Of a DNA stretch of 38,869 nucleotides, positions 32,910-38,869 are shown piece by piece. Position 1 is the first letter of the stretch. Every line of letters begins with the position of its first letter. This stretch comes from Raillietiella orientalis. Its lineage: Eukaryota. The notes under the pieces are model-generated. The model did not search any database, was not told where the DNA came from, and worked only from the letters and a program-made list of their open reading frames with translations. Both the position numbers and the translations under genes were made by a program. The stretch spans positions 12,152,001-12,190,869 of the forward strand of contig JAYWIR010000001.1 in assembly GCA_036172245.1 (NCBI GenBank), read 5' to 3'.

Positions 32910-33743
32910 ATGGAGAACGATCAGGAGAATTGCCGGACTTCCAGCGACAGCTCGTGCGTCACCCTGTTCGATTCGCGCGGGCCGAATCCGGAGGCGGAGG
33001 AGTCGCCCGTCGGTGGATTGGCGTGCGACCCGGTCGCCTTGGAAGAGGCGCAGCCGCGCCTGTACGTGCGTCTGCCCAGGTTGTGGGTCTCCAGAATATC
33101 CACCTCCCTTTCCACATCCAGTGACAGCTCCACGCTATCGGAAGCGACCCAGGCAAGCTTTCAACCCTTCTTTTATCCGTGGGCGCCGCACGGAGAAGCG
33201 GCGCCACCGGATGCGTTCGCGTCGGTGAACGTCGCCCCTCAAGTGGATCCGTGGACCGCGCGCCCTTTCGAAGTAGGCGCCGGTCATTCGTTCCTCGTTC
33301 CGCGTTGCCCTCACTGTGCGCAACCGTGCTCCGACCCCATCTTTGAGTGGACTCTGATCACGGCGTACGTGCCTGCGCCGATCTGGGGCCAGGTGCTCGC
33401 TGCCGATCGCACCCAAGACGTTCAGCTGTCGGCGAGCACAGCGCAGCCGCAACGTGAGGCACCCTCCAAGCAGGACCTGAGCGGCGGCGGCAGCGCCGCA
33501 GGCACTTTGGCTGCAGTTGGCAGCTGCGGGACGGCGGCCGGCAACCTCTCCCACGCGTCGGCCACCGTCTACGAGTGCAGCGGGGCGGACAGACGCTCTG
33601 CTGTTCGTCGCAGCGCCCTACACTTCCGAATGACCGCCGCCAGGTGCAAGGTAGCCAGGTTCTTGCGAATGCTGCTCTGCTGCCTGCCTCCGCTGAATGA
33701 CGAAAAGTCTCTCAGCGAGTTCCCACGGAACGAATACACGTAG
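32910..33743 (+). CDS. Hypothetical single-exon protein, 277 aa (Ser/Pro-rich, CPHC motif, basic helix plus LLCC near the C-terminus)
   Basis: Uninterrupted ORF from an ATG in AGCAACATGG context to TAG, with GC-rich codon third positions and protein-like composition. No family recognised. Confidence 0.5.
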   Translation: MENDQENCRTSSDSSCVTLFDSRGPNPEAEESPVGGLACDPVALEEAQPRLYVRLPRLWVSRISTSLSTSSDSSTLSEATQASFQPFFYPWAPHGEAAPPDAFASVNVAPQVDPWTARPFEVGAGHSFLVPRCPHCAQPCSDPIFEWTLITAYVPAPIWGQVLAADRTQDVQLSASTAQPQREAPSKQDLSGGGSAAGTLAAVGSCGTAAGNLSHASATVYECSGADRRSAVRRSALHFRMTAARCKVARFLRMLLCCLPPLNDEKSLSEFPRNEYT

Positions 33744-34766
33744 CGTGGAGGGAAGTTCAGTTACTGCGAAATCTTTCTTCTTTTGCGATGCTTGGGTGAA
33801 AGGGTAATGGGAAGGCTGCGGATGCACGTGGATCGTATCCGAAAGCGCTCCTCAGAAAGTTTGGCTTTCCTCTGAATTTTTCGCACGGAATCTGGAGTCG
33901 TCATGTACGACTCCGCCTCCTGAATAAACGATCCTAGAAGGAGGATCGGGTTTTCTCTCCACGGTGAACCGAACCCTTCTAGGCACCTTGAAATGCTATG
34001 GATAAGAGATGCGTTCTCAGCAGCCATTCCCCAATTGGAGAACGGGATTCCGCGCTCAGCATCCACCCACATCAGCGAGCCAATTCCATTACCGAGAGAA
34101 CGTCGGGATCGTGGAATTTCTGAGCTTCCGAGCGAAATGCGCATCCCAGTGGAACCCATGTTCCCACTGGAATTCCAGTGTCCGTACTAGGGCAAGATTT
34201 TTGAACCGTTTCCACTCCTCCCTTTATTTTGATTTGTGTCTCGGATCTCAGCGCCCTAATGGTTGCTCTTGCGCTACGAGCCATCAGTGTGTCAGTCGAA
34301 CCTGCCTGATAGCGCATTCGACAGGATTCAAGTAATGTGGTGAGCATCATCAACTGCCTGTGCGCAACGTGTCATGTGCTGATGCTTGCGCTCAGTTCAG
34401 TGTCTTGGGAAACCGCTTCCCGATGGCTGCGGATACAAGCGCGCTACGGATGGCAAGCGCCATTGCTTGAAAGAGGCGAGCACCGGATTCCTTGTGTGTA
34501 GTGAGTTTCACCCCTGTGCCAAGGAATCGCCTTGAAAACTGGGCGAAGGACAGCCTGGTGACTAGTGAGTGCGAGCGACGCAGCACGCATTACAGGAATG
34601 GTGCCCTCGAAACGTCGGCAGTCTTTGCAAACGTTTTGCAGACTGTTGGAGAAGAAATGAAGGAAGGAAACACGCGCGTAGAGAGAGAATGAAAGGACGA
34701 CGTGAAAAAGGAGATGGTTTGTCATCTGTTCCGGAAGGAAGAGGCGAATCCACACAGGAAACGCAA

Positions 34767-37700
34767 GCTGATGCGGTGGATTTCACTGCGGCAGACCCCA
34801 CGCTCGGAGGATACACTCCCATCATCCCGCTGCTCTGTGGGGCCTCAGCACGTCTTCGGGTAGAACACAAAAAAAAATCTGGAAATCGAATCCACCGAAG
34901 ACAATTAGCTCTCTAATGAACATCTTGTAAGCCGTGCGGAAACAGTCGCACTCCCCGGTCGGTGAAACGTTCGCTCGTTTTCTCGGAAACAGCTATCGAA
35001 TTTTTCGGATGTGGGACAGGGGCGTAAGAGACGAGGCCTTGGGATGAAGATGTGGACCGACAGGCTCCTGATGTTTCTTTTGACCAGAATCCCGGCGCGG
35101 TCTTCCTTCCGGTCTCCCTTCGGCTTGTCGAGAAAGCAATTCCCCATCCACCTCCCCAGTTCTTCAGGCCGGGTTCAGAGCGCACCACCCGGAGTCTTCC
35201 GATGGACTCGCCGCATTGGCAAAACCTCAGCATGGAGCGTGGCCGTTGTGTCTGAGACACCCTCGGAAATCCTATTCCGATGATCCCAATCGATCCACAC
35301 GTCTGCCAGCTGTGATTTTCCACCGTATGCAACTGCCGTGCGTGTGGACGGTGGCAGACGGATCTCCGCCGCCAGGTACGCTCTTCACGAAGGAAAGCAA
35401 CCACCAAGCAAGTATAGTGGAAGCGCGCTTGCCTGAAGGACGCAGCCTCAGGAGACCAGTGCTGCCTTTTCGAACTGACCGAACTGGAGGATGGGTTTAG
35501 CAGGCCAAACTCGCCGTGGGTTCCAGGGAAGGCGGCGTGTTTTCATGTGAGCTCACGGTTACCATTGTGCTGCTCCCGTTGCGCGAAAGGTGGCGAAGTG
35601 TGTTCACCCCGCTAAGACTGGCGGTGGCGGGCTTCTCCAACGAAGCAACTTGCTTGCTGGCTGCCCCTCTTTGGCTCCTCAGCGATCTGTCTTCTCGAAA
35701 CGGAGTCTTCCATTCCTCCTCCGCATCGCTCCTCCCGCTACAGCAAGTTCATCCTTCAGAGGGCATCTTCCAAGACAAGAGTGCTCAGCAGAGCCGAGAG
35801 CGAAATGCCTGCGAAAGGGCGTGTGAGGAGGCACTTGCGAAAAGCATGGTGCAGCACGCACGCATCGAGCTCCGCAGATGGATGCTGCCAGGGAAAGGAG
35901 TCAGGCTCGTCCGGGAGCGCACTATCCACGATGCAGCAAACCGCAAAGGACACTTCGTTTGTCCTGAACGCACTCATTGCCCGTGCGGACGTAGCAACGG
36001 ATCACTCGCGAGCTGTGCAAACATTTCCCGGCGAACGTGCTTCGGAAGCACAGCCAGTGCACAGTTCCCTTCACAGCACACTTGCGACGTGAACGCAGTA
36101 GTTCCAGAGACCTGCAAAGACCATGGCGGTTGCTGAGCGTATTCCATGTGGCATTCGCGAAAGCGTCTCACTGCCGTCCACCTCCAACCCACGTACTCTC
36201 TGCCCAAGCCATCTCTCCACTTGGCTTGCTGTTTCTCCGTCTCCTCCAATTCGCGAAATCACTACCTGCGCACCGTGCTCGCTCGACAGTCGCAATGGTG
36301 ACGCTCGGACTTTTCACAATGCAAAGCTCCGTTGACGTCCATCCTCCTCCCCGCGGCTTGAGCGTCGCCCCTGCAACCCGGCAGAGGAACTCCGATTCTG
36401 CCTCTTGGCGACTACCATCCAGTGGTGCCCATTCTTCTCGTAACCTTCGAGTGCGCTCGAAAAGCGGGGAGGATCGGGGGTAGGAGGCAGCCAGGAGCCA
36501 AGCAAGAGTTCGGATGGGGAACTTTTGCAGGCTGCTCCTCGTCCCGACTTACCGAGAAGAAACGGTGAGAGGGGCACTCGAGAAGAGTTCTCCCATCTTC
36601 CTGGCGTAATGAAAGATCGTAATGACTGAACCAGACATCAGGGACATCATAAAGCAGATTCGACAACAATGCGATGCCTTCTCTACGGCTACCAAACGCT
36701 ATGACACCCTTAAGTGAACCTTCAACCTACATTCCGTAGGAGCGACCTACCAGCGGACACTCTCAATAACCTCCTGATGTTCTACCATGGAGGCATCCTG
36801 AGCGGGATAAGAGCAAAGCACTGGAGAAGACAAAGGGGATCCTGGCAGGATTGTTTGAAGGGGATGGAACGTCCCCTCACACAATCTTGTGTTGCGGACC
36901 TGCATTGTTCTCTCTATATCACGAGCATGGTGATAAGAGCCAAGTAGAAGAAAAAGCAGTGCCAGTCCAGGCGATGAACATTCTGTAAGAACTGATCAAG
37001 GAGGAAATTGCAATTCGCAGCTGGGGGAAAATCCCCTACTGGACGTACAGGTACATGTTGAACAAACAAATTGCAACTCTTCAGGTGCGAGGGAATGCCA
37101 CTGTCCGGAAGTGACATTTTCCCTCCCCAAAGTGAGCAGATGAAGGCGAGAAGAGAGGTGAAATGTCCCAAGAGTAGCCATAAGGAAAATCTCAAAGTCG
37201 ATTGTTCTGTTGTTTGTCAATGCATTCACACGAAACGTTGTTTAGTCCAGGAATTCTCCCTACCGCATTTTGGAGCTGGGGAAAACGGAACATATCAATG
37301 AGAACCCCTACCAGGGCACATGGGGATTTTGTATTTCAACTAAGAATACAACATTGCTGTTTGAATGCTTCTTGCAAGCACTTTTATTCAATTCCTTTTC
37401 AGGTTTTACTGAGTTCGTTTGAGATAATGCAAATTAGTAATGGCAATTCCATTGAAATATTTACTCATGTTGTTACATTAGCATTGCTTTTAATTGATTC
37501 CAATCAACGTCAATTTGTGGGCAACCCACGACGCACTGCGTCGATTCCTTCGCAGCATTCGATCGCGTGACGCTTGGTGCCACCCGCGGAGACCACCGTA
37601 AGCACAGCCTCCGACGCGGGCTACTGCCTGTAGGGATGCCCAGGCGGACCCAGTCGGCATGTTGGTCGGATGCTTATTTCTTATTTTGATTCTACGAATG

Positions 37701-38869
37701 AGCAGTAAACGAATTTCGAATCCCTTCTTACGTTATACCTAGATTTTGAATTCCAATGCACTCTTCATGGTTTTTTCGAAGAACGACAGCAAGAAGATCA
37801 TGGAAGTGTGCTGACTATTTCAAAACGTGCCAGAGGATTTCGAAACAGTCCAGGAATGCTCCTGACTATCCCTGCAATTGTCTCGCATGGGACCCCAAGC
37901 TCTCACGTGGGATCGTGCTGGAGCCGCTTGGTTCCGAATATTTCGGAAACAACCCCGTGCTCAGAAAACTAAATGTTCCCTTGCTGTTTGATGATCAGAT
38001 GAGAAAAGTGAGCGTGCAACATTCAGCACTGCAGGCACTTCTTCTGGACATATCGTCCTGGTCAACTGCAATGATAGATAGATAGATATGATGAAATGAT
38101 AAAAGAAAGTGAACTGGCAATGTGGATGACAGCGTCACTGAAGCGTACCTGTAAGGAAAGTCTAAAATGAAATGCTGAACTTCCGGGAGAGTAAAAGGAA
38201 GATCGTCGTCTCAACCTTGGTAGCGAGTAAAACATGTGCAGACTTGCAGGAAGGCCTCGTTCAGAATGGGTAAACCCTCATCCACAAGCCATTTTGCACC
38301 TTCGAAAAACTCTTCCTGGAATACGTTGCAGAGAGAAAGTATTTTTTAACATGCTTCTCATATGATACTCACCAACAATCACAATTTTTGGTTCGACTGT
38401 ATTGATCTGCAATTGAACATGTAATGACATTCCATCTACATCTACTCGGTGATTAAGCTGCACATAGAATATTTGTAGAATCAGAGATTTGTGAACTTTT
38501 TTTGTTCATATTTCTATATAAGTATTTCATCCTGTTCATTTCAAACGAACTGGATGACCGCCAGCAGAAAGGCACAAAACTGATCTCCCTGCAGGCAGAA
38601 AGGGAAATGCAAATTCGCACTCGATATGCTAGGATGCCTGCAGCATCCAAGGTACATAAGGACAGAAGTCCCACTGACGAGTCGTGTTCCGGCATCGCGC
38701 TTCGTCAGCAGCGTCTACTTTCCATGCAGATGACTCATGAGGTTTCTCACTGAGAATAAATGCCCCTGCTCACGCCGAGGCGTTTATCAGATACAAACCT
38801 CCAGTTTATACAGAATCAATCCCGCGCCAGACGGAAGGCTCGCGAGCCGCAGACGGCAGCAGCCTGTAG
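34767..38869 (-). repeat. Inverted copy of block B (8555-12606), running off the right end of the window
   Basis: Reverse-complement match with scattered substitutions. It has 165 nt (34901-35065) in place of 1 nt in block B and lacks 113 bp (10602-10714). Confidence 0.97.

Overview
Eukaryotic genomic DNA. Short GT-AG introns, TTTCAG-type acceptors and a metazoan RAD1 suggest an invertebrate, probably a nematode; the species cannot be determined from the sequence. The window is an ampliconic, decaying region. Almost all of 1-12606 recurs in inverted orientation downstream: 1-5636 at 14075-24390 (split by a 4.67-kb insert holding a 6 x 278-bp satellite and a copy of 4920-7699), and 8555-12606 at 34767-38869. 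The duplicated DNA holds fragments of Tx1/L1-type non-LTR retrotransposons: one gag-like ORF1 and four divergent ORF2 C-termini. Two of these end in the same 3' stem-loop motif. An AT-rich island, single-copy within the window (~24.6-31.4 kb), carries a five-exon RAD1 (mrt-2-like) gene disabled by an in-frame stop and a damaged exon 2 start, plus other decayed gene remnants. Two GC-rich orphan ORFs (7733-8608, 32910-33743) may be real genes. No rRNA, tRNA, CRISPR or prokaryotic system is supported. All alignments were done by eye and no database searches were run.
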